DNA from: Stramenopiles sp. TOSAG23-2 | Taxonomy: Eukaryota | Direction of reading: 5' to 3' | Length of the DNA: 41,626 nt | NCBI GenBank assembly: GCA_900128395.1 | Contig: LT649301.1 | Location: forward strand, 1-41,626 | Shown: in pieces, positions 30,050 to 40,881 of the stretch | Layout of the letters: every line of letters starts with the position of its first letter | Numbering within the stretch: position 1 is the first letter of the stretch | Notes under the pieces: model-generated | What the model was told of the DNA's origin: nothing | The model's database searches: none | Seen by the model: only the letters and a program-made list of their open reading frames with translations | Position numbers and translations under genes: made by a program

Positions 30050-32310
30050 TTAATCACTATCAGACAATGCAACAACATTAACATCATGAAAACTTGTATT
30101 ATTGACATTATTATCCTCTAAAGATGAATAATCTAACATATCATCTGAGTAATCTAACATATCATCTGAGTTGGACTTGTTTTGATCATCATTGTATCCA
30201 CCACCATATTGTCGTTCGTTATAGTTAATTTTCTTGCTGCTATTTGAATAAAAAGCATCATTTGCTTGCTTTTGTTGTGATTTGTTATACACCTTGCTAT
30301 TGTTATTTTTACCATCAGAAGTGTTAAAGAAATAATTTGAAAAATACTAGGAATTTTAACTTTTGTATCCTTTCCATCATTTTTACTCTTTCCGTAATAT
30401 TTACTATCAGTGATGTAATATTCAATTGGTGTCAATAAATGTTCATTATCTTCTTTGTATTGTTGTGGTTCGCTAAAAAATATTTTTTCATCATCATAAG
30501 CAGCAGCACCATTGTAATTATTATTATTACGACTGTTTTTAATATCATTATATGATTGAAAATATTTACTTGCTTGATATTCATTTGCTTTTAAAAAAAG
30601 TAAATTACATTCATAATATACAAGGATGTCTTTTTTTGATATTTTATCTTTACTTGTTTCATTTGCCCCATTATCATTTTCTTCTGCTTCATCATTCCTG
30701 TTGTCATAATATACAAGGATGTCTTTTTTTGATATTTTATCTTTACTTGTTTCATTTGCATCTATGATACATTTACGAACATAGCTACTTATCACTCCAC
30801 CACTAATATCATAATCTTTATTTTTTACTATTTCGTCTTCATGTTGAGATGCAATATGCTCCAAATGTTCTGTCAAAAAAAAAATACGTAATGAATGAAA
30901 TATAAAAGTGTCATTTGCAATATCGTTTATCTTTTGGCTGCCCATCTTTTTTAAACCTTTCATGCCAACATTTCCACCTTGGTCATTGAATTGAAAATGG
31001 TGATAATGAAATGCCATTGACATATAAGCTTGATAATAAGTATGTATTAATTCAATTTTATTAACTGTCAACAAGTTACTCAATTCGTCGATTTCGTTTA
31101 CTATAATCTCAATATCATCACTATGTTCCCTTTCAAATATTTTATACATATACATGTTTTCTGCTAACGCTTTCTTATTATCAAAAAGTATTAGCTTGCT
31201 ATTTTCATCAAGAAATTCAAAGGACACATGTGGTTTTTCTATCACTTGATTGTTAAGATTATTTTTATTCCAAAGGATTGAATCTTGTAGAAATTCATCT
31301 CCTTCTAGGTCACTCAATTTCAATTCACCTAAGGTCTCAAGTACACTACTTGACCTAGCCCTGGATCTACTTCTTGCTTGTAACGAACCACTGCTAAACC
31401 GCCGTGATAATCTCTTGCCAAATGTAGTTTTTTTTGTATCTTTTCCCTCCAATCGTATACAAACTTTCCATGGATCCCATGGTCTTTTCAATAACTCAAT
31501 CTTTGATTCAGGATGTGTAGTATAATAAATTTGGCAATAATCACCAAAGCTTTTCCATATACCTTTTTCGCCATCATCTTTATCCAAATTACTAGCAGTA
31601 CTATGGATATGTTCAATAACATGTCTCTTCGACTGGTCTCTTAAAGAACTTTTACCACCTTGGACAATCCTTCTCGCTATCGCTTTGATTATGAAACTAC
31701 ATTCTTTTTCCATTTTATTACTTTTTAAGTAATTAAATATATTTTGATTGTTTTTATCTTCACGTTTTATAGATACGCCTAGTGTAAATAATGTTATTAA
31801 AATCTTTTGCCTCACTTCCATGTCTTCCTTTGTGTTATTGATGATATTTTCCGGTGCGAATAAATAAAATATTGGTGTTTTGCCGTTTATATCACTTTCA
31901 TCGCTCAAATCTGACCAGCCTCCTAAGGAAAATAATAAATCAAGCGTTTTTGGATACGCTTTTTTACAGGCAAGGTGAACTGGAAATTCTTCAATTGTAC
32001 TATTATCAATATCTTCAGTAATTTTTGATCTTCTTATTTTTCTAGCTAAGTCAGACGAAGTAATCAAAGGCTCTACCAATTTTTTACATTCTTCAACCGA
32101 TGCGTCATCAGAATTTGCATTTTTAATCTTATTATACAATCGTTTAAATAATTTCTTTGCTTCTTCAATTTGCAAGTTTAAAACATACCTTGAAGAAGAT
32201 TGGTGGCGAACAAGCGAGTGGCGGGATGAGGAAGAAGAGGTTGATGATTCTTGAGTTGTTTCAAATAAATTAATTTCATTTACATCAATATCTTCTTCAT
32301 TTTTTGACAT
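30050..32310 (-). CDS. Ankyrin-repeat-containing protein, with apparent frameshift at ~30340-30344 (probable true stop at 30050)
   Basis: FPVHLACKKAYPKTLDLLFSLG and DINGKTPIFYL ankyrin-like repeats. After KIPSIF the main frame becomes I/M/T-rich (shifted Asn/Asp codons), while the alternative frame is open to TAA at 30050. Confidence 0.65.
30129..30171. repeat. 21-bp tandem duplication (SDDMLDY x2)
   Basis: TAATCTAACATATCATCTGAG twice. Confidence 0.9.
30611..30759. repeat. Exact 56-bp direct repeat (30611-30666, 30704-30759; period 93 bp) encoding ANETSKDKISKKDILVYY twice
   Basis: Directly visible; in frame. Confidence 0.95.
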
Positions 32311-32880
32311 TATTTTTGTTTTTTTAAAATAATTATATGGAATAATAACTAGTATAATGAGGACACATTAATCCAATTATCTAATCAATTTAGTTATGTT
32401 GATATATCTATCTATGTTGTAGATTTATTTTTTCCTAGACGGAGTACGGAGTCCATATTTCTATTTCTTATCTTTCCTACCCTTCTTCTTGCTTTACCTT
32501 CATTTTGGTGGTGCACTGGTGTGGTGGGTGGTGGTTTTTTTGGTTGGTGGTTTGAAGGCTGGGTTTTGTAAAGACACTAGTGTAGATTTAGTACCGATAT
32601 ATCTTTATTAAGTGCTACAGAGTAACAGGGTAGCTAGTAATAATATGAAATAGCATGCAGCATGCATATTCAAAGATCCTCGTAATTGCATCAAGTACAT
32701 ACCAAGTACTATACTATTATTATAACATTTTTTAGATAATGTAACACTTAAAAGTCTATTAGGACCTAGACGACTACCAGATAACACTGCTGGAACACAC
32801 ACAGATACAGTACAATATATACTTTTCCTTTACTTTTTCCTTTTTTTTTTTTCTTTTCTTTTCTTCATTTTGTTCCAATT

Positions 32881-34287
32881 TTAACCTACACGCTTTTGCC
32901 ATTGCTCTTGCAAACTTTTCCATAAGATACTAAACAACATACCTTGTACACCATTTGCCATGATACGTGTTTGCAATCCTCTACCAAATAAACCCATTGG
33001 TCCATCTTTCTTTAAAATGTCTTTGGCTGCTTCTGAATAAGATATTTCAGTCGCATATGTTTGTTTTGTTGTTTTCAATACACGAATAGAATTTGAACAT
33101 GTATCACTAACAGCTGATGCAGTGAAACCACAAATAGCATTTCTTCCAAACTTTTTAAATGTTTCTTCATATTTTGGCAACATTTCCTAGATATGATTGA
33201 TATTGTATTAATGTTAGAAAGATTTTATTATTTTTTTTAAAGAAAAGTTAGAAAGGAGAGAGAAAGGTTTATACTATATATATGTATAAATGTTACCTAC
33301 ATCCATAAAATTATATGTTGCAAACCATGGGAAATGACCCACATAAGTTGCACCAAAGGAACCCATTGCACCTTGGTATAATACACGAGGGCCACCCTTT
33401 GCCATTTTTGCTCTTAATTGCTTCAATCCATTTGAACCTTCTACTTGCATCGTCGTTTTCAAGGTATCAATTGGCATTAAATTAATGCGCCAAAGTGCAG
33501 CTGCACCACTAGCACACATTGTTTTAGCAAGAACTGGCCAATCTTTCGTATTATCATTTGCAGCTAATAATGCCAACATGCCAGCATTTGCAGCCGTATC
33601 ACCAAATCGTGATAATGGCCCTTGAAATAATGCTGGTCCAACACCTTTGTAAAATCTCCCTATTCCACCTTCTTTATACAATGCCCTTAATGCTTCCCCA
33701 GTGGTGCTACCATGGCGATATTGATAATTCATCGTCGTTCTCATCCACATTAAAGAACCAACTTGTAAAAACATAGCTGCTGCACCTGGGATACCACCAC
33801 CCAATGCACGCATACCAGCCGCTTTTAAGACTTCTCCCATTGATTTTTTCTCACCAGACTTCTTCACATGTTTTTTGTCATTATGATGGTCTTCTTCTGG
33901 CAAATGATGATCAATATGTAAATTGTCTAGAATATCACGACAATGGGCTTTGTGCTCAATCGAGTTGATTAATCTATCAAACTCTTCTTGATCCATAACG
34001 TCTGAACCCATCAAAACACCAAGTGATAAAAAAGATGCTTCTCCATCATCTTCATATGTACCAAGTAACACAGGATGAGATTTCACGAACTTGTTAAATT
34101 CATCTGGAGTAATTTTACCATCATGATTTCTATCAATTGTATTCATCAATTTTTCCACGTGGGCATTACCTAACGTGACCCCAGCATCTTTTAAAGCACT
34201 TTGTAACTCGTTTTGTGAGATAGAACCATCATTATTTCGGTCAAATTTTTTAAACGCTTTATCAATAATTTCGTCTTGTGAAGGCAT
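32881..34287 (-). CDS. Mitochondrial carrier family protein with two N-terminal EF-hands; two exons (34287-33301, 33186-32881), 430 aa
   Basis: EF loops DRNNDGSISQNE and DRNHDGKITPDE; carrier repeats (EGGIGRFYKG, PIDTLKTTMQ, DGPMGLFGRG). Splicing joins ...ATYNFMD|EMLPKY... in phase 0. Confidence 0.9.
33187..33300 (-). other. 114-bp spliceosomal intron
   Basis: GTAGGT donor, CTAAC branch point (~33213-33217), CTAG acceptor; removal restores a complete three-repeat carrier. Confidence 0.88.
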
Positions 34288-34920
34288 TTTGAATGATTAT
34301 TATAGAAAGAAGTATTTGTCTATCTTCTACTTTTTTCCTAGGATTATATTTACGTATTATTAAATAGTAATCAGATTCGTAACGATAAACTTGTAGAAGC
34401 GCAACGGAGATGATAATGATCTAATCAAATTGTGTTTGTTTTCTTTTAACTTTTTCTTTATTGTTTTTGCAAAAGTGTGCCGAGATATCTCGGTGTGCCT
34501 CGCTGGTCCCGTTGTTTAATAATTTTCCCTTTTCTTGATGATATCTTTCTTCAACACAAAACAACATAGCAATAGCATGTACACATTAACATGTCATAAC
34601 ACTGATACAGTATTTTAATTTAAGCTTTTGTCGTCCATATCGATATGAGTATCTTCTTATTCTTGAAATACGAAAAGGTGCAAAGGGATTTATTTTTTTG
34701 GATTTGTTTTGTGTTAGTGTTGCTAGTGCTGTACCGTTGTACCGCTTATTATTGAACTTACAGTAGTATAATACACTGTACTGTATGTGTTTCCGTACTG
34801 TTTTAACTATAATACCGTAGTTTTGTTTTTGTCCTTAATATGTTATGGTATGATGTTGTTACAGTATGTGATGGATACTGTATGTAGCCAGATAGCAATC
34901 TCTGGTGTCCAGAGTAAGAT

Positions 34921-34964
34921 AGCATGCTGGGCATGCTGGGCTGGCATGCTGGCATGCTGGCATG
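34921..34964. repeat. Tandem GCATGCTG(G) repeats in a divergent intergenic region
   Basis: agcatgctgg gcatgctggg ctggcatgct ggcatgctgg catg. Confidence 0.85.
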
Positions 34965-36244
34965 ATGATTCAAAAAAAAAATTTGTTGTACAACCCCACA
35001 TAACCTAAACTACTAAAACCCCGAATTCCCTGCCCTGATGTGTAGTAGGGGTTTCAAAGGAAATAAATTAAAGGAAATAAATTATATAAAAAATAAGGAA
35101 TAATGTTTATCTTAGAATATATTATATATGTACAAGTTTTTATAGTGTTATTTTATGTCATATGTCTATTTTATTATAAGGGTACAGTGTATACATCAAA
35201 GGGTAGGTAAAGATTAATTAACTTCTGTAACTAGTCTTTTTTCCTATCAAAATGTTGTTAAGTAGGATTTCCGGACGCTGAGTACCTGTGTAGGCGTAAA
35301 CGATTTTCAGAAATTTTTAAAAAGGTGGCCATTTTTTTTTAATTTTTTTAAAAAAAACTTGCAAAAAGGTGGCCGAATTTTGTTAACCGTCTACATAGTA
35401 TGATGACGGTATTGTAAGAAGTATGGAAATGTTGGATTTGCGATTGTCGTAAATCTTCCGATATAGCTTTGTGTTTTAGTGGAAGATTTTGGGTATAAGT
35501 TAAAGTGACTATTATGTGGTTGTTAACACTGTATTTATTTTTAGCACGTATATAGCATTCCATGATGTAAAGGCATGGAAATTCAGTCGCCTGATGCGGT
35601 TTAGCAAGCAATAGGCAATAGGCTTGTGAACGTAGGAAATGGAACCATTATTAATATTCTACCGAGTATAACAATCTATATCATATTTCGGTAGACAAAA
35701 TAGTAATAGAGGTGAGAGGTGAGAGATCTCTGGAGGTGAGTGAGGAGAGAATTTTTTATCCCATTTCTTTGATTTTTTAAAAACTTACTTGAACACTACA
35801 AATATGAATAACCTATCAATATATATCCTATCTAAAATATACTTAGACACTACAATACTTTAAAAATTAACTCAATATGTGTGTGTAGTAGGATAAATCG
35901 ACGAAAAAGCATGTGTTTTCTTCGACACAAATAGAACAACTGATAAATCCAGGAAATCGAAAATAAAATAAAGAAATGAAATGTGCAAAATCTCTCCCAG
36001 CTGTCAAAATTTAGGTGGAATTTTCATTTCAGCTCTTAAATTCCTCCTTAAATTTACTGATCAAGCAAATTATACTTTTAACATAAATTTGGGCAGGGGT
36101 CCTCGCCTTCCACGGCGTTTGTAACTAATAAAATATTTGATAATAATTGATAAGAATATACATATTAGTAATAATAGTAGACGCATTAATCATAGATATA
36201 TATCCTTTACAGGTATAAAAAAGTATAAAAAGAACATTATTACA

Positions 36245-36339
36245 ATGATGATTACAACAATATTTACAATAATTTCAATATTTTTAATTAGTGGCGCAAT
36301 GGCATATGGTCGTAAGTTCATTCCTTTCTCTTTCTCTCT

Positions 36340-36374
<35 letters not shown>

Positions 36375-36661
36375 CATTTTAAAGGTTTAACTAACAATAT
36401 ATACGTAATATAGCTGGTAATCCACCACCATGGTGGTTGGTACATTTAGGGGAAATGTTGGCAGTTTTTGTCATGCTTGTATTAGGAAGCATGTTAGCAT
36501 TTATTGTTTATACGGAACAGCAAGAAGCAAAAGAAAGAGAAGAGAAATACAAACGCAGAAAGAAAAATGATGATGATGACTCGGACTCGGACGACGATGG
36601 CAATAATAATAAGAATAGTAGAAGAAGACGGGATGCTGGTTCTAAAACCAATCCAATGTAA
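36245..36661 (+). CDS. Spliced 104-aa single-pass membrane microprotein (signal peptide, ~15-aa ectodomain, TM, charged tail); exons 36245-36311, 36414-36661
   Basis: Splicing gives MMITTIFTIISIFLISGAMAYGPGNPPPWWLVHLGEMLAVFVMLVLGSMLAFIVYTEQQEAKEREEKYKRRKKNDDDDSD...NPM*; the frame is preserved across a phase-1 intron. Confidence 0.75.
36312..36413 (+). other. 102-bp spliceosomal intron containing a (TA)n tract
   Basis: GTAAGT donor, CTAAC at 36391-36395, TAG acceptor. Confidence 0.8.
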
Positions 36662-37188
36662 TATTTTAAAATATTATATATATAATGTGTGCGTGCAATA
36701 AAAAGCTCTTTTTATGAACAACACTGAAAAATCCATATTGATTGTGCTATTTTGTTTTCAATATGTTGATTTATCGTTCAACAAAAGTATAGTATGTAGT
36801 AGTATATACGTACGAGAATATTATAAAGGTCATATCATATAATATATGATATATCATTTTTAAATATAAAATAATTTTTGTTAAATACTGATATTTACTC
36901 GTGTTTTAAATACTGATAATAATAATTTAATATGCATCATATATAAAAAATTCTCTTATTTATAATTTAATATATGCATATACGTACGACTTATATTTGC
37001 ATTTTATAAAAATATTTATATACTCGTATTATATTTAAATTAAAAATAGTTACGTATTTTTGATATTTTATTTTTTACTAAATGATACGAATACGAATAC
37101 GAATATTTGTTTTTTTTATTTTTTTATAATCTCGCTCTCAATTTTTATAAAAACACTCCTATGCATAGATCCCATCTGTTGCCATCAA

Positions 37189-40100
37189 TCAAGCCTGCCC
37201 TAAATCATTCGCACTACTGGTAAATGTTCCATTGTAATCCAATCTCATTTTTAAACTTGGACTAATACCAGATAATACTAGAAATAAATAATTACTATGC
37301 CGTGTATATTCTGAATCGATTTTAGCAATGTCAATTTGTTTCACTTTAGTTAAATCTTTTTCATTTTCTTCTACTAAATTGCACAATGCAACGCATAGTC
37401 GAAAAACACTATCTAATGTTCGTCTTATAGTTTTTGCATCTAAAAAACATTGGCGTCTAATGGAGGAAACAAATCTTGAATGTGCTTTTTTTAAGGAATC
37501 ATAATCACGAACTTGTGATAATTGCTTTTGTAATATATGCCATTGTACTTCTAGTACATCTACATGTAAAAAATATTGCAATGCATTCACTAAAAATAAC
37601 ATCCTTGACCGCAAATGTGATAATCGAATATATACTTTATTCACACTTAAATTACCAGTCCCTCGAATATTTGCAGCACGATACATCAATGTTGCCCAAC
37701 ATTCTTGCAATGAGGCACTGACACGTTTAATAGTAAATAGAAAACGAAACATATCGTTGTACTTTGCAAAATCAGTCTGCGAGATAACTAATTGCAATGG
37801 CCATGGTATATCATATGTCAATTGCAATTTTGTCCAAGCATCAAAAGATGAATCTTTTCTTAATATTGATTCAAAATTCCAACTAGATATTTGTACTTGA
37901 TTATTTGCATTCAATCGATTTGATATGGTTCCAATACCAACCCATGCTTGGCCTCCATCACTGCTATTACTTAACGTAAGTGTTTCCGATACATCCAAGT
38001 TACATGTTATAACCGGATTAACAGTAAATGGAATTTTTAATTTTGGTATCTTGTTGCTTGTATCACCTTCGTCCTTTGATGACATTGCAAAAGCTAAATA
38101 TACTAAGCATTTCATATTATTGTTGTTATTGTTGTTGTTGTCATTAATATTAATATCGTATGGATTTGCATCATATTTATAAACAACACGCATTGTAACA
38201 TCAACCATAGTTACATTATTTTTTTTTGAATCGTCATCTTTATCAAAAATGTCAATAATTGTATCAGCTAGTATATTAGAACTTTGCTCCTCATTAGTTA
38301 TATCATATGTAGACATTAATGCTGAAGTTGGTCTTTTGCTTTTAATTTGTACACTTATACGATTATTATCAACTAGTGTGACTTGAAAGCTAATTGAATT
38401 TGGTATATCATCTACAGGTAAACTGTGCAAAGCACCAAGTTGTGCATTATGTAAGACAAAGCAAAACCCACATTTCTTTTTTGATGATGCATAGCCACTA
38501 CTATCATTATTAAATGTAGTTGTTTCGTTGCTAGTATGAATCCTACCAGTAATAGTACTAGCATAACCAAATTCCACAACTTTTGCTTCACGATATACAA
38601 TTCCACCTCCCACACTACTAACATTGTAATGATCGTTAATATTATTATTCTCACCAATACGACGACTGGATCTAGATGGAATAATATCATTCGATAATGA
38701 TGACCTTGAAAAGCCACCTACAACACCAGGGATGCCACTAGTATTACTACTAGATGACAATGACGATGGGCAATTTAAATATATTGTTCCGCTACTTTTA
38801 TCATACGTTGAAGATTCATTCAGTATAATATTTTCATTCGTTTCAGGTTGGAAATTCGTTATTATAAACGATGGAGCATATAAACGAAATGATAGATTAT
38901 TGTATGCTAAATTAGATAATAAATCTAATTTTGATCCTGCATGCCTTAATGGGCCAGAATTAATATCTTGCGTGGCAAATGCAGATGGTGGTTTTTTGAA
39001 CATATCAACACATTCATCAATTATACATTGGAAAAATTCACCTTTACTTAGCAAGAAATAATCTTTCGCAGCTTGTAAATGTTCATTTAGCAATGAATCT
39101 TTGATTAACAAATCATACAATTGACAGCTAACTGCATTATGTACAATATTTATTTCCAATTCTAAAATCGACATACTAAAATCAATTTCTGGATTTAATA
39201 ATTTCGTCACTGTATCTTTTATTTTTCTCATCGGTCCTTCCGTACCATCTAATAATTTATTTAAGCGTTGTTTACTTGGTGAATCGCGATCACGATTGAT
39301 TATTTTGCGAAATTCATTTAATAATTTTACTACTTTACCAATAAATAAAACTTTTTCTGCAATTTCATACGATACATATGATGTTGGTACTCTATCTAAA
39401 CGTAATATAAATTGTAAATTCCATGCTCGTTCTGCACTAAATGCATCTACGTATTGTTTATTTTGTCGCAACGATGATGACGATGTATGCTGTTGTTGAT
39501 TTTGTGATCGTTGCGCTCTTTGACTATATTGGTTGTGATTATATTTATTGTTATTATTTCCATTATTTTTATTACTAATGCTCATATGTTCCATATCACG
39601 TTCTAATATGAAAAAATCATTATATCGATCATTAATCAAACCTTCCGATACCCATGATATTAATTGTCTATAAAATGTACGTTCAACAGACAACAATACA
39701 AATTTTAAATATGGCTTCAATGCAGGTGCACACACCTTGCACTTTTCATGCAAGCAATTTAACAATTCACCCCCACACAAACTCAAACTTTCGCATTCAA
39801 ACAATATGTCAAAGAAATATTTAAATAATGTTTTATAAGATGCAAACGAATGCCGCAAATGTGCTATAGTTAAATGGCTTTTCATTGATACACTTAATAT
39901 TTGTTTTTCAACTTTAGCTATTTCCATAGTATACTCATCAGCAATTTTTTTCATCGCTGTACACATGACTCGAACATACGAGCTTTTCGGTCGATTTAAT
40001 TGATTATCAATCAAAGAAGACAAGCGCTTGTAACGGAATCCAACATCTACTAAATCTTCTAACTCTTCTCTTTCAGATGGTCCAATAAAATCAACAAACT

Positions 40101-40239
40101 CAGCAACTTTAAAACCGTATGCTTTGTCACCATTGTTATTATTATTTTGAACATTACTCATACTGGTACTACCATATTCTTTCTCCACAAATATATTCCC
40201 AGTATTCCCGGTCAACGCAATTAATACTTCATGCAACAT
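37189..40239 (-). CDS. TUBGCP4: Gamma-tubulin complex component 4 with large internal L-type-lectin-like insertion
   Basis: MLHEVLIALTG.TGNIF start typical of GCP4; QLISWVSEGLINDRYNDFFI; AEKVLFIGK; HLQAAKDYFLLSKGEFFQC; W..LQLTYDIPWPLQLV; YNDMFRFL; FLVNALQYFLHVDVLEVQW; LKMRLDYNG.F. Confidence 0.9.
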   Translation of the reverse strand: MLHEVLIALTGNTGNIFVEKEYGSTSMSNVQNNNNNGDKAYGFKVAEFVDFIGPSEREELEDLVDVGFRYKRLSSLIDNQLNRPKSSYVRVMCTAMKKIADEYTMEIAKVEKQILSVSMKSHLTIAHLRHSFASYKTLFKYFFDILFECESLSLCGGELLNCLHEKCKVCAPALKPYLKFVLLSVERTFYRQLISWVSEGLINDRYNDFFILERDMEHMSISNKNNGNNNNKYNHNQYSQRAQRSQNQQQHTSSSSLRQNKQYVDAFSAERAWNLQFILRLDRVPTSYVSYEIAEKVLFIGKVVKLLNEFRKIINRDRDSPSKQRLNKLLDGTEGPMRKIKDTVTKLLNPEIDFSMSILELEINIVHNAVSCQLYDLLIKDSLLNEHLQAAKDYFLLSKGEFFQCIIDECVDMFKKPPSAFATQDINSGPLRHAGSKLDLLSNLAYNNLSFRLYAPSFIITNFQPETNENIILNESSTYDKSSGTIYLNCPSSLSSSSNTSGIPGVVGGFSRSSLSNDIIPSRSSRRIGENNNINDHYNVSSVGGGIVYREAKVVEFGYASTITGRIHTSNETTTFNNDSSGYASSKKKCGFCFVLHNAQLGALHSLPVDDIPNSISFQVTLVDNNRISVQIKSKRPTSALMSTYDITNEEQSSNILADTIIDIFDKDDDSKKNNVTMVDVTMRVVYKYDANPYDININDNNNNNNNNMKCLVYLAFAMSSKDEGDTSNKIPKLKIPFTVNPVITCNLDVSETLTLSNSSDGGQAWVGIGTISNRLNANNQVQISSWNFESILRKDSSFDAWTKLQLTYDIPWPLQLVISQTDFAKYNDMFRFLFTIKRVSASLQECWATLMYRAANIRGTGNLSVNKVYIRLSHLRSRMLFLVNALQYFLHVDVLEVQWHILQKQLSQVRDYDSLKKAHSRFVSSIRRQCFLDAKTIRRTLDSVFRLCVALCNLVEENEKDLTKVKQIDIAKIDSEYTRHSNYLFLVLSGISPSLKMRLDYNGTFTSSANDLGQA

Positions 40240-40388
40240 TGTTTCTTTTGTATCTATTATGTATCATATATGTATCACACACACGCACGCGCGCACACAC
40301 ACACACACGTATAACGCATACACACACAATCAATAAAGTACAATTTATAATAATAAATGCATCAAAATTTTCTTATAAATCAAAATTC

Positions 40389-40565
40389 AAAAAAAAAAAA
40401 AAAAAAAAAAAAAAACAGTAGTAGTTTCAAAATTATAAACACTGAAAAATAAAAGCAAATAAATGTTGTGTAATATTTATACCACTGTTGATTTTCTGTT
40501 TTTTTATTTATCCAAAAATTTTTTTAAAAAAAAAAAATAAAAAAAAAAAAAAAAAAAAAAAAAAA
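40389..40565. repeat. Poly-A tracts (40389-40415, 40526-40565) in a divergent promoter region
   Basis: Directly visible. Confidence 0.9.
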
Positions 40566-40811
40566 TGTGTATCCTGTACTGTAGTGGTATAATAAGCACA
40601 TAATATAGCCTATGTGAGCCTGGATTGCACGAAATAGCACGATGTACATGTGCACATCATTATAATCTAAAAATCCGGAAGAATATTAAAACATTAAAAT
40701 ATCTACAGCAGAATATCTACAGAATTAATAAATAATAATGTAGTTAGTGAAAAGAGATATGTTAATGTATTTTGTACAAGAACAGAATCAATCGAATCAT
40801 ATATTTTCGTA

Positions 40812-40847
<36 letters not shown>

Positions 40848-40881
40848 TGTATCATAATAGTAAATAAAGAAATAAAAGAGA

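Noticed and set aside
34921..34964. Tandem repeats as a CRISPR-like array
   Set aside because: 8-9-bp units without spacers, eukaryotic context, no cas genes.
35348..35611. 87-aa minus-strand ORF, or a C/D snoRNA (ATGATGA 35400...CTGA 35591)
   Set aside because: TTG start and no motifs; the box spacing is long and no terminal stem is seen, so it is unsupported without an Rfam scan.
490..39499. Numerous short antisense or alternative-frame ORFs nested in long genes (e.g. 3746-4165, 6927-7367, 20542-20892, 27476-27805, 38732-39061)
   Set aside because: Shadows of real CDSs (L/S/F- or I/M-rich), with no independent motifs.
1920..40239. Functional cluster of cytoskeleton/cell-division genes (repeat protein, calcyphosin-like, PDS5, GCP4)
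   Set aside because: Interspersed with unrelated metabolic genes; such genes are common in flagellate genomes, so there is no evidence of clustering.
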